A stretch of DNA of 64,000 bases, taken from positions 13,888,001-13,952,000 of the forward strand of contig OZ004613.1 of NCBI GenBank assembly GCA_963924565.1, given 5' to 3'. A program made the translations under genes and the position numbers. The DNA is from Ascidiella aspersa. Taxonomy: Eukaryota. This document shows positions 1-12,766 of this stretch, piece by piece (position 1 is the stretch's first letter; every line of letters begins with the position of its first letter). The notes under the pieces were generated by a model. That model did not search any database, had not been told where the DNA came from, and was given only the letters and a program-made list of their open reading frames with translations.

Positions 1-1171
1 TATATTGTTATATTATTCTCCCAGTTTGCGTTTTAAATTTTGACGACTGGTTTTAGTACTGTACCTAAAAAAGGTGGTAGGACTCTACACAAGCGCCAAA
101 ACTTTTTTCACGGACGATTTTTTTGGAAATCGCTGCATGATGTGTAAATGACAATGTATTATAAAATGAATGACAAATTTCCCCTGACAATCAAAAACCC
201 AGATATTTTATATCGTAGGCTACGTAAAACACAACATAAAATAACAAAATAAAAATATAGGGTCTACAAATTAATCCTGATCATATTGCAACACAGAATA
301 CCATTCTATAATGGCAGATCATGTGGAGACAACACGGAAATTTTTGTTACATTTTCTAAAAACCTTTTAAGTTCTTTTAATAAAACTGTATAAATGATTA
401 ACTTAATCATGGCGCGATATTTAGCGGATTTCTAATTACTAAAACAACGTGATAGAAAACAAGGATCCATTTAAAAAAATAGCTGTGTCTCGTCTGCTAA
501 CCTTACGGCGACAAGCTTTAACTTTTTTTTGACAAGCTTTACATCGCCGGAAAGAGTCACCAATACACGCTGCGATACATGGCAAAAAAAAAAAGATTAT
601 CACACCTTTTGTAGTAAAATATATTTACCTCACGCACGTAATAACAAAGATCATTTAGATAAGTAAGAGGTAATCCTCTTTATTATAACGAAGGCAAATC
701 TGTATTATTACTTTTAAAACATTTCTCGCTAAGAACTTTGTGTGGGGCAACTTTGAATTGTAAAAAGTTGGGATCAAACCAAAGAATAGTCTATTTACTG
801 TACCAGCATATTCGACCCTATTAACTATCTGCATTAACAACAGGTGCAACAGGGGCCAAGCATGTCAGCATTAATACTGGAGATGTCCAATACCACGCGA
901 TTAGAACCCATACAACAAAATGTTAGTAAATTATGTTGGTCCGATACGAGGGTGGTTTTCGTGTCGATTTAATATTTGAACCTATAAGAATTTCAATCAC
1001 GGTTTGCTAACCAACGATTTGTTCAGGAAAATAGTAAAATAGGCTACTAACATAAAATGGTAACGACCAGGAACCTCGTATAGCGTTATAAATACCTTAT
1101 TTTTTAGTTACCAGAATTACTTGATCTTCAAGCATTGGTCGCCTAATCCACAATAGTTTCATTGTTATAAG

Positions 1172-1900
1172 TACGACGAATATTTTTTGACTTGTCAAAA
1201 AAAGTCAAAATTTTGTCAAAATTTACATGTTAGGTCAAAATTTGTCAAAATTATTGCAAGTCGATTAAAAATGCACAGAATTCGTTTACAAAATCAAAAA
1301 ACACTATAGTTAACTATCGTTTATCACGAAAATTTAGTTTTGAGTTGTATTTAACGACATATTAACTGTATTATGCCTTCAACAGAGCAAAATAAATACG
1401 GTATACGCGAGCTTTCAGAATTAAATATCCAGGCCTTTATCACATTGCTCAGCTAAAACCTTGATTTTACATTATAGTTGTTTATCTCTGAAAACAAATG
1501 TATAGAACAGTATTGGCTGTCTTTTCCATAACTAGATTTTTGCTAAAATTTTGAAATTATTTTTAAGTTGTGGGCTTAATTCAACTGTTTACACAACATT
1601 TTTTAAAATACTCTTTTTCAAATGACAAACATAACAATAGGCATTGTTATGAGTTGCGAATAACTCGAAAATATATCTGATTTGTGTTTGTCCGTACGTC
1701 ACTAAAACATCAAAAACGTGTGGTTGACGACGCCAGGACACTAATGCAGTACTTCAAACAAAAATATGCTGTTTAAATCAATGATTTTGTAATAGGTCAA
1801 AATTTTGTCAAAAAAATATATTTTTAGGTCAAAATTAGTCAAAATTTCATTTGTTTAGGTCAAAATTTCTCATTTTTTAGGTCAAAAAATATTCGCCATA
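1172..1900. mobile_element. MITE with ~20-bp TIRs and subterminal GTCAAAA repeats
   Basis: Left end TACGACGAATATTTTTTGAC; right end GTCAAAAAATATTCGCCATA is its near reverse complement. Clusters of (AG)GTCAAAA lie inside both ends and TA is at both termini. Confidence 0.7.
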
Positions 1901-4596
1901 AGTCATTATATATGTCATTACAAAGCCTAATCACCGAAATAAACGACTTTTTATCTAATAGATATAGGTTGTCGTTTTTTCGCGGGTAAAACTATTTACT
2001 AAAATATGTTAGGCCTTTTGTGATTTTTCTATTTATTTTGTGGTTTTACACGTTTAATTGATCAAACACAATAACTGGCAACATAGGAAAAATTTGGCTA
2101 CGCGAAACAATGCCAAACGAAGGTAATAATCTGTGCCTATCCCTCGCCCATTTAAGGCGAATAAATTCTTCACTTTGGTACAGAATAATTACCTCAAATG
2201 TCTGGCGATTGCAGGCTGCAGCCATCACCTCATCAAAGTATATCTTCCGCTTTTTCAATGGCATTTTGATGATAACCATATTAAAACTAGCAACGATTTT
2301 TTTGTGGCTAATAATATCAATAATAGTAATTATTTAATTTTCTTATACGAAATGTATAGCACATGCATTTGTTATCCCGAGGTTGTAACTAAAAGCATGA
2401 TGTACCCGCGGGCCGCATTGTAATAACATTTTTCTACAGTATAGTTATATTTAAGTAGCGGCTTTCTTGTGTTCGCGATCGATCACCTACAATTGTTGTA
2501 AATCAACCACAATTGTTATAATGATTATCGAACAACAAAGCGCATAATTTAGTCATGTGTATAATAGAAGTGACTGTAAGCGTATAATAAGTTAGTTATT
2601 GCCCAATTTATAGTGATCAAACGCCAGTTCGCGAGTCGCATTTCAAATTTAGTAGTTTTGTAAATAGTCGCATAGAGTGAATTACCGTGTGGAGAATTGG
2701 AGAATTTTTTCCACGCCAGATAAGGCATAGCATAGTCTGTTTTTAAGGGTACAACACAATGCGTTTGTAAAAACATGGTGATAAACAGGGTCGGATTTAA
2801 GGGGCGACTAGGCCGTGCGCCCAAACTATGTTTTTATTACCCTTTACTGTGTAATTACTATTTTTTTAGAACAATCCGTTTTAAAATGTTTTTTGTCCAT
2901 TTTAGGGAATTCAAAGCAAATAAAGCGCTATGCGTAGTATATAGCATGTTGTACCTTGCGACCCATAAACACTGCAGATTGAAATTTATGTTAACTCAAA
3001 TCGATTGTAAGGACACTACTTATGGGGCTAAACAATTAATATTTGCATTTTTCTAAAACATCGGTAAAACAGCAACATTGTTTTTGTGGTTGGAAAAGTA
3101 AGTTAATTGGAAAAAAAGGGGGCCTCATAATGAAATGTGCTCCAATGGCCCCATAGCTCACGAAGACCCCGTTGGAGAGATTTTACTTTTAATGCAAAGC
3201 TACACTGCTAAATCTTTATAAGGTTTAAGTTGCCAAAACCTTCAGACACACGCCACCATTGGGCTAAAACGATTTAATACTAATGCCGATTATCGCCTTT
3301 TGCGTTGGTAGCACTACGTAAAGTGGTTATATTAGGAACACTAAGTCCACTCTAGGAAGTTACCAGGAAGCGGTTCTGCGAACTTTTTGCCTTTTAGGAA
3401 GCGGTTTGCGGGACGTCTGCAAACCGGGTGAATCCCACCACTGCGTGTAACTTGATTTAATTGCAACATAAGCTAACTTAGCAATACGGCATGCAATACG
3501 ACGAACTTTATTGAACATTATGCATAAATATTTCGAAACCAATTTTACCAGTAAATTTTAAAGGTTGAAGAAGTGGTCCAAAAGAGGAGAAAAGCATGCA
3601 ATTTGACCGTTAATGTGCTATATGCACTTGATATTAATTTAATGGTGCATAGCCAGAAGCGGATCCAAAGGGAGCACGTGGCCATCTTCCTCCTCAAACT
3701 GTATTTATTGCCTATTTTAAATACCTAAATGTAAAAAACTTTATGCGCTTTGCCTGAATTTTAATCAGGTTTTTAATGTGTTGAAGCCTATTTTATAAAA
3801 TCTTGTTATACCAAACGCATGGTGAATTTTTTGTTTGCTTGAATTCAAACATCTATATGTAATGTATGTCTTTTATTTTGAAAGACACCTTTCCAACCTA
3901 AAATGTTTAAAAAGGTAAACGAACTTTGTGTTATATTTAAGGTTAATTGTTTATCCACGTTTAAACAAAAATCCTGAATCCACGCCGTGACGTGTCTATC
4001 AAGATTTAAATACTTATATAACCTAGTATACCTTTGCAGAATTTATTTCTTTATACGAGGAATTTACCTCTTCAACCAAAATGCTTATTAGAGTAGTGCA
4101 AATCTAGTTGTAGTTGTTTAACGGATAAAAGAAAAGGAATGTCAATGAAACTCAAACGATATAGGGATGCATTTAACACAAGATTTAGTACGACACTGTA
4201 TGCAAATGAAAATCTCACAATCGGAGGTAACGTTAAACGTTGTGATAAAAGTCTAAATGGGAATTGCAGGTTTGTCCCGCTCGTGGAATCTGCCACAAGT
4301 CAAACTGTTTTACGAGTAAAATGTCATTCGTTTGCAATAAGGACGGTTTGCAAAATTGGCAATACTTGATCATATTTCCAATGCCTTTGGCGCAATTTAG
4401 TGTAGCTACTTCGGAACTGAGCATACATTGCTCGATAACTCACCCGGTGCCAACCCGCGCAGTTAAGCGGCCATCAGATGGGTTTGCTGAAAGGTAAAAC
4501 GAACCATTAGGCAAATATTTGCCGCCGTGTACGCTCCGCTAAGTTTCTTGTCGATTCGAGACTTGGCAGTGGACAGCAGCTTCTAGGGAAGAAGTG

Positions 4597-4904
4597 GTAT
4601 GGTTCCCAACCTTTTTTGGCTTGCGGCACCCTACAGAAAGTATAAATAGTTCGCGGCATCCTTGCTCGGATTTTTGCTAAGTGGTTAAAGGTAACTTTAT
4701 AATAAACGATATTGAAATAGCACATGAACTGTGCAACAAGGTTTGGAAAAACTTAATTTTTGGCACTTTTAACGTATACCAAAAAATTTTATTAAGTAGC
4801 TTACCCATAGAGCAAAAATTGGAATAATTTTAAATATCTCTCGGCACCCTTGGACGTTACAATGAAACCCTAGAGTGCCGAGACACCCAGGTTAAGAACC
4901 ACTG
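4597..4904. mobile_element. hAT-type MITE (degenerate left end)
   Basis: Ends TGGTTCCCAACC ... GGTTAAGAACCACTG. Subterminal GCGGCACCC motifs are shared with the element at 13689-13946. Confidence 0.55.
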
Positions 4905-4919
4905 TGCTAGGACATCGGT

Positions 4920-5240
4920 TCGGCTTGCTTCGGCCTACGAAGCTACAAAGACGACGTCGTTTGAGGTTAAGTGTATATTGGGCGTAATTAGATTGAAATG
5001 CTGGCACCTCGCAGCGGCAGCCTGCGAAAACTGCGGGCAGCTAACCTGAAACGAACTCGCGAAAGGCGACATCCACGAAGCCGGAATAGCAGTCGCTCGC
5101 AAGCCAGCTCCAAATATGCCCAGTTGGTGTATTGTTTCCGCCCAGGCATCGCCTGCCGCCGTGGCAGTGCGCGCCACACAATGCGAGAGGGAAAGAAGGG
5201 GAAAGTGAAAACAAATCCAGACAGATCCGGGTACGGTACG
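4920..5240 (+). promoter_or_regulatory. GC/CpG-rich island, candidate promoter or first non-coding exon of the GALNT gene
   Basis: Locally GC/CpG-rich stretch in an AT-rich background, ending at a donor-like GTACGT (5236). No credible protein in any frame. Confidence 0.25.
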
Positions 5241-8200
5241 TAATAGGCCACGTATTGCATCGCCGGGGCACTTTTATTGTCAAGAGAGAGTCAGACACAC
5301 GATAATATTCGCAAGCAACGCTTTCGCCTGGCTTATAATACTGTTGTATCAACATGAAAACTATAGTGGGCAGCATCTTCAGTGTAATGCCCGCATAAGC
5401 GTTGGCTGTTTGAGGTGAACTTTTTATGCGTATTCTTAGTGTGTTCTGTACAACCACCTCATAGTTAACTTTTTTACACTTGCTGTGGTCGAAAAAGCTG
5501 AAGGCGAAAAATAGTTTCTACTGCACGAACCTAGATTAACGGTTTACGAGGTACACAATTGTTGTAAAAATATGTCTGCCTTTCACATAAAATTCCAGAC
5601 AGATTTATTATGGTCTACATAAGAGGTCATAGGAATTATTTAGCTTTACATGGCAAGGTTTTATACCTAATGTTTTGCAATGTATTTCGTGGTCAGGTTA
5701 AACGAGCATCTAAAAAGCAATGAAGCATTTGGCCACTTGAAATCCAATCTTCATTTATTTTGTGTCAATTGTGTCGATGCGTTATCGAAAAAGACGATTT
5801 AAGTCCATTGTCGGAGAATACAATGAAATCAGCTGGTGGCCGAGTAGTAACATAGTATTGCTAATTCGTAGTGAATCCCGATTAGGTTGGTTATAAATAT
5901 CTGTGGGCCTATTTACATCGCCGGAAAACGTTTAAAACAAGGCCAGAAACTTTTCCTATCGCAAATATTTTTCATAAAACTATCCTAACGTTGCGTGCCT
6001 GCTGCATAGATATAGAATAGTTTGGCGTCTGGTAGGTTTGGGCAGATTTCACTGTTGCGGCCTAAAACAGCAACTCTTTGCTCTGGCGTCGTTTTCAGCT
6101 AAGTAAACATTGTCCCGGGAGAACCCGACATTGTCGTAGCCTCCGTTACAACTGCGTAATCACGCCGAAATGTTGCCGCCCACTTGCAATGGCTCGTAAG
6201 TCGGCAACGGGTGACTGCCAGTCAGCTGGCTGAAACGTGTTAGCGATCAAGGTGTTCAGAGTGCCATCAAAAAGCATTACAGTCGATGCAGGCGCACTTT
6301 TCGGTTCGGATTTGCTAGGGCAAACAGTTTGTAAGTAATAAAGACTTTGCTATTAGTACGTAAAGTATTCGACAGTCGAATCGGGTTTGATTGTTCATTA
6401 GAAGATACCGAAAAAGGCAGGTTCTTCAAAACCATTGTGACGAATCGTGATTTGAAATGGCGAGTAGTGTAATTCGCCTCAGGCATTATCGTTCTCGCCC
6501 AGTCGGTAATGCACACCGACAACAAGTTATTGTTGGGTCGCATCTGCCCTTTATATACGCTATCGAAATAGAACTAATATTCTTAGTGTTCCAAATTGAC
6601 TAAAGAGTTAATTATCTATAGGTAACTGTATAGGCCAAAATTTAATTGAGGCTACTGGGAAAAGTTCACACAATGCTATGCACAAATCGCTCAGTAAGGC
6701 AAGGCTAATATATTGCCAAAATATTATTTCAAGAGTGCAGTATTGTATGTTTTTCGTCATGTGTTAAAGTCGACATTTTTCGGTGTTTTAATGAACGCAT
6801 TTCGAATGCTGTCAACATTGCAATAAATGTTTTAAAACCTTGCGGCCAGCTAAAATTGCTTGAGAAACCAGTCGTCTTGTGTGGCATTATTTACTTTGCA
6901 TTATGAGTATCTGTTTGAACATGCGTTGTTTTACCGCAGCTAGCTGAAAAAAAAAATCCGAACTGATGGAATGTCTAACAGTCGTGACTCCAACATTATA
7001 ATGTGTGTTTTAAAGGCGAGCTTATATGGCATCGCGAACATTATGATCGACACCAGAGCTACTGCATGGCGAATCTAGTTGCACAAGAAGAGTTTCTTAT
7101 TGTTTTCAGTGTGGTTTGTCAGGACATGGTAAAATCAAAATGCTGCACAAATGCGTGCAAATGCGTGTAACTCCAGTACTTACAACGCGCTGTGGAATTG
7201 GCTTGTTATGCTTGTGTAGGCTGTAGACTGCGTAAAGTTAAGGTGGTCGGGTAGTCATGAAACATAAATTAGCGCCTTCGTAAGTTTGACTCTATACGGT
7301 GTTTCGCATTACTCAGACAAACAAAGCGGTGTTTCTAATTAGTAGCTATCAACTTTACGACAGTAAACGTTTTGGACGTGCTGTGTAAATCTTTGAGTAA
7401 TAAAGTGAACTTCCATAACCCGTTTACCAGTTTTGGTGGTAAACGTTTGCGCCACATCAAACTGTATGTGTTCGCTGAAAGGCATTCGCCGACATTGTCG
7501 AAACTGTGCGCTACACAAGCCTCACAGTTAACTCACAATACCTTTCAAGCCAATCCGTCATCGGAAATGTCGGGAGCCTTTTCGGCTTTTCCAACTTGAA
7601 ACTCAACACTTTCTCTGACAAGAGGGCCCTTCAAGTCATACGCGCCATGTTTGAACAACCGCCATTGAAAAAAACACTTTATTATGAATCCCACGAATCG
7701 GGTTATCGCATTTTGCGCGAGTTACCGTTTTGTCGCCGAGCCTTAAGATACACACGCACTCACGCTGTCGCTGTACTGTGCTCTGCTATGCTGTCCGTTT
7801 GGGGAATTAGTGAATCGTTAACAGCCCCCTGCGCGCCGCTAGCAAACCCCTGTGGCTTTGGAATAAACATGTTGCTAAATTGGCCACTTAGTTAACTGCC
7901 GTAGAAAATTTAAGGATCGATGTGTGCTTGTGCATGATTACTTTTAATCTTGTTAGTTTGTACAGACGTTGCTCGTGAGGTGATACATTCATTATTGCCA
8001 AGAACAGTCAGTTTACGATGGATGTTTCTATCCAGCGATTTTAAAGTGTTCTCTTATGTATTTTTTCTAGTTATGTTTGATATAATTGTAATTGTGTTGT
8101 TTATGCAGTCAATGTCTTTGCTACCTATTGTAAGTTGTAAAGAAAGCTTTTCATAAACTATTGAAACTCCTTGCGCTAGGTGCCCATTGTTGTAACGAGT

Positions 8201-11200
8201 AGCCCAAGGCAAAAACCACTTTAGACATTTATATGTAGCTTAGGAGACGGTAAGTTCTGCTTACTGGCACATAGCTTGCACTAATTTCCTGGCTTTGAAT
8301 ACCAATGGAAAACTTTCTCCGCAAATTTACTCAGCGGTGGCAGCAACTTGAGAAACCTTAGAAACAGCCATTACCCCATCTACCTACTTGTGATTCGGCA
8401 GCAGGTACGGATCGAAGTAAATCCGGTTATACCGTGCTGATCAACGAGTTTGCATTGATTGGCGGCTTGGGGGGGGGGGGCTTTCGTTTGTCGGATGGCG
8501 TTTTGTTAGGTTGTCGTGTTAATCTCATTTAGCCGAGGATCACTTTCAAACACACTCGGTAACTACCGCAAGACCATCCATCGCACTTGGGTAGACGTTG
8601 TTCAGGGATTTCGTGGTTTGCGCGAAGTACACTACACGTACATCCAATGGCGAAAACTCAATGGAATAAATCTTGAAGGTTATCGTGCTTAGGCCCATGC
8701 TCAAGCACACACTTGGAAGAATTCTTAACGCGTATAGGAAGGCTTATTATAATGCCTACACTAAACAAGCTTCCTCCCATATTCTCAATTTAAATAAAAC
8801 AATAGAAATTCAGGGTAGTTGAGTCGCAAACTATAGACGGCTGAAATTCGCAAATTAATTTAGTAATGTAATGGCAGCGATACCTAAGTATACCACGAGT
8901 AACAACTACCACTTAGCATCTGTAATCGACTGTTATGCCTTGCAAGCTTGTTAACAAACATTCCTTAATGAAACCGTTGCTGTTTATTGATACGCACGCA
9001 CATGTCCAGGCGTAAAAGGCCCAAGCGGGGCATAGTTAAAAAGTAAAGACTGGTCATTGCCGACAGTGTCCTTGGTAGTCGGCAGTTGCACACTGCATTG
9101 TAGAACGATCATCGCAAATATACGCATCCGTTACGTTCCTGTCATTGTAACAAAATGTTTGTCACAACCAATGTATTGCGAGTAGCATTAGATTCTAAAC
9201 ATAATTGTTATGGTTTAGGTATGGTTGTGTGTTACGTAAAATGTGACTGGTTTAACTTGGCTCGTCACCTTGGACAGTCATAATTTGTGAGACACTCCGA
9301 CAGGCATTAGCTCGTTTAGTCAAGGCACCCGGTCGATATGGGCTGCCCTAAAATTCCAGAGAGGCGTTGCACCATTTAGTCGAAGCGCGACCTCTTACAA
9401 TAATATATTATATTCTCTAAAATTACAAGGTGACCTAGCACGCCGGTTTAGTTTGTTTCAAGCATTTGACTGATTAAACCCAAGCGACTTGATTTAACTA
9501 AACCTCTAAGCTTGTTGTAGGCCTACTCAGCTGAGAGGTTACACATGTGCTACTACTGGGCCGCCTAACAAGCGCACGAATTTAGGAAATACGTGACTAC
9601 AACATTATTACATTTTCGGTGTTCCATCATGCAGTCTATAGACTTGAAGGCACCTGTCTTTAGTTCAACGGCGAAGTGCACACGGTAGGTTCAGAGAAAC
9701 GATTGGCCATATCAACGAACCTTCTTTCATTTGTGTCACGTTGTCTAATTGGAGCGGAAAAATGTCACTGATTTCAATTCCCTACACTGAGAGTAAAGTA
9801 AGCAGAAACTATTAGAAACAAGTAATAGCTTTACAACGGCATTGGTGAACTGGATTAAAGTGGCAAACTTCTAAGAGTTTCACATAAGCTATTTAAATGT
9901 ATTCTGCTAATAGAGGAATTTCTGCTAATGGTTCTTGTTCACGTAATTATCCGACAGCGAACAAAAACACCGTCTTGTGTTTTTAATTAATTTTTCTATA
10001 ATCAGGCTTTGAATATGTATTTTATAAACAAGAGTTGAAGTTACGCATTTAAAACCATGTTACATTAAAACATTTTGTACCGGCTATTTTAATAACGATT
10101 CCTAAATTATGATTAGACATGTTGTTTAAAGTTTTGATGCGTTTTTTAAGTCATTAAAAAAGTTACCTTTTTAGAAGAACCACAGTATCTAAAATTGTAT
10201 CCAAATTGTTGCAACTCAGAGGCAATGGTAACATTTAATTAAAGCAACCGATTTGCCCACAGTTCATTACAGCATTTAAGTTAACCATATTAAATAGGAT
10301 AGGGTTTCTCAATCGTGACCCTAGAGTCTCCTTGGGGACGGAGCAGTCATCGGGGACCACGAGCATACACTGTTTTAATTATTTGCAAGTTTAACGCGAA
10401 TGATGGAGAATCAATATGAATTTCGGACCCATGTAACGTTCGGAGGATCAATTGTTAACAAGTAATTTTTAAATGAGTCCAATTTAAGTCATTTGTAAAA
10501 TAGCTCAAGTCATGGACAACTATTTTTGAATAAATAACAAGTCAAGTTCCAGTCAAGCCATATTTCGAGCAAGTCAAGTCCTTGTCATAAAAATTAAACC
10601 TGCACTTAAGTCAAGTGCACTTAAGTCAAGTCATGGAAAGGGACCACTAGTAATGAAAGGGCAAGAAGCACTGAACAACACCTTTGGTTTACTATAGATT
10701 TTGTAAACATCTGCATATGTTTTTCGGAATTGAAGGTTTAACGGCTTTACGAAGGTGTTTGCTCGAATAATAACGAATAACATTTAGAAAAACGGTAAAA
10801 CGGAAGTGCTCCTCAAGCTGCCATAGATTCAAAACAAAACTGAAACTTTGGTGGGTTGTTAATCATTATGTTGCCTGTTTACATATTATCTCCATTTTCA
10901 GTAGGTCATTACGAACATTTTTCTGCAGAAACTGTTACCAGGATAAATGCCAGTGGAAATAGAGCCTACATAATCGGAAAGGATCTCTGACATGCACTTT
11001 CACTGCGACCCGCGTTCGGCCCACGATGTAATAACATTTTTCGGTTTATTGTTTCTATTTTAAATCAATGCAGACTTGCTTGTGTAGGCCATCATACATC
11101 AGGCTGTAATGGTTGGCGAAAACAACAATGCGCTTGGTTCAATAGTTATACGAATATACGTAGCCTACATTAGTTGAAAGGACTGCAGGCGTATAATAGG

Positions 11201-12632
11201 CTATAATTGAGTGATAGACCAATCCAAGGGAGGGCAAACTTTTCAGCTCGCTTGTCGCATATTAAATCAGTAAATTAATATATATTTGCGTGGAGTGGTT
11301 TACCGAGTGATTTTTTTTCACGCTGGAGTATGTTAAGTGTCTGTTGTGGGGCCACAACATAGTGTTTACCAGGCTGAAGTACCCAAAACTCGGTAAATAC
11401 ATTGTTATGGTTTTCCTATTTTCGTTGTCGGTTATATTTTGGTTAAATTAGACTACAAATCCAAGCAATACACAAATCTGTTTTACGCGCCTATTACCTT
11501 TTTCAATTAAAAGTTTTGCCAATTTAAACCAAATTAACGCAATTTTTATAACGCGACTAGACTGGATTCCACATGCATATTTACGCACGGGTTATCTCTA
11601 GTCTAGATCATCATGTGTTCTTAGGATTAAGTAATGTATGACGTAACGTTATGGCGTAACTCAGTGGCGTCACTCATACAAATTGTCATGCAACTTCAGT
11701 AAAATTAGTTTGACTTGTTAGGGCTCTTGTACCATTTTAAGTGGTACACGCCCTATTTTTGTATAATTATTGTAATTTGTTGTATACTGCCATACATAAC
11801 TGGCTTAACACTAGACCACACATGTTCTTTCTGATTTATCTAGCACAATACAAAAAGAACAATCCACTGTGCATTTTGGCTCTGTCATTACGGGTCGCGT
11901 ATCATTTGTATTGCATCCGGGTGCATAGTTGAATGTGCGGTATAAATGCTTCAAACCGACAGCAGATACAGAGTTTGGTTTAAATCGTTGACACATGATA
12001 AGTGGCTTGCTATGAAAAGCCGGTCGCAATACAGTTTAGTTTAAGAGTTTTTAGGACTCTCTGTTTCAGTTCAATTTTGCTGAGCTTGTTTTGATTGACT
12101 TAAATACTTGGAAAAGAAAAACAATGAAGTAAAATAAGGGTCATGTAATTAGGTCAGTTTGCATGGCCACGTCAAGGCATTGGTCTGCTTTTTGACGAAT
12201 GCATATAGGTAAGCTGAAAATATGGACATTTTAAAAGCAATCAAGTTTTCTGCACACTGTGTTATGTTTGCTTTCGTGTATTTTCGTTTAAAATTGTTGT
12301 TTTTTTTAAGCCTGCCTGGTGTAAACTTTTGTGTGCTTTACTATATATAACGTTTTGTAACAGAAGTTCACGAAATTATACCTAAAACTTCCTACTCGGT
12401 CTTGCAAGCATTCGTAAACTGCCTACCAGGCGCTTCTTAAATTAAATACTGAGTTTTAACAGGAAAGTAATTTTAAAACTTTGCAGGTGTAGTTTTTACT
12501 AGAAAAAAATACCGTCGACCATAAGTAGAAATTATGTTATTTAAGAAAATTGATATTCCGTCGATTTCCTTATTTTTTACCCTTGCGATAGAAAATAATT
12601 AGCTAAGAAAATGTTCGTCTTGTGCGTTTCAG

Positions 12633-12766
12633 GATCGCTATAGGATCAAATCACACAGGTGCACTTCTAAAAGCACGCGTTGTATTTCGCACAAACTTTG
12701 TAAGGACAAACCGACTGCGTCGACCCAGCAGCCGCAGAGGTAGCCCCAAACAAACAAGTAAGCAAG
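12633..12766 (+). other. Probable 5' UTR portion of first GALNT coding exon
   Basis: Pyrimidine-rich acceptor TGCGTTTCAG ends at 12632, 134 nt before the ATG. This implies an upstream non-coding exon or a trans-splice acceptor. Confidence 0.5.

Noticed and set aside
4935-5457. Overlapping ORFs in the GC-rich patch
   Set aside because: Expected from the low stop-codon density of GC-rich DNA; no motifs or consistent exon structure.
8469-8480. Poly-G run (also 59807-59818, and the CA repeat at ~45440-45460)
   Set aside because: Simple sequence with no supportable function.
5460-12600. Possible hidden gene in the long region upstream of GALNT
   Set aside because: Only short ORFs without motifs and no phase-consistent exon chain were found; treated as 5' intron or intergenic DNA with degenerate repeats.
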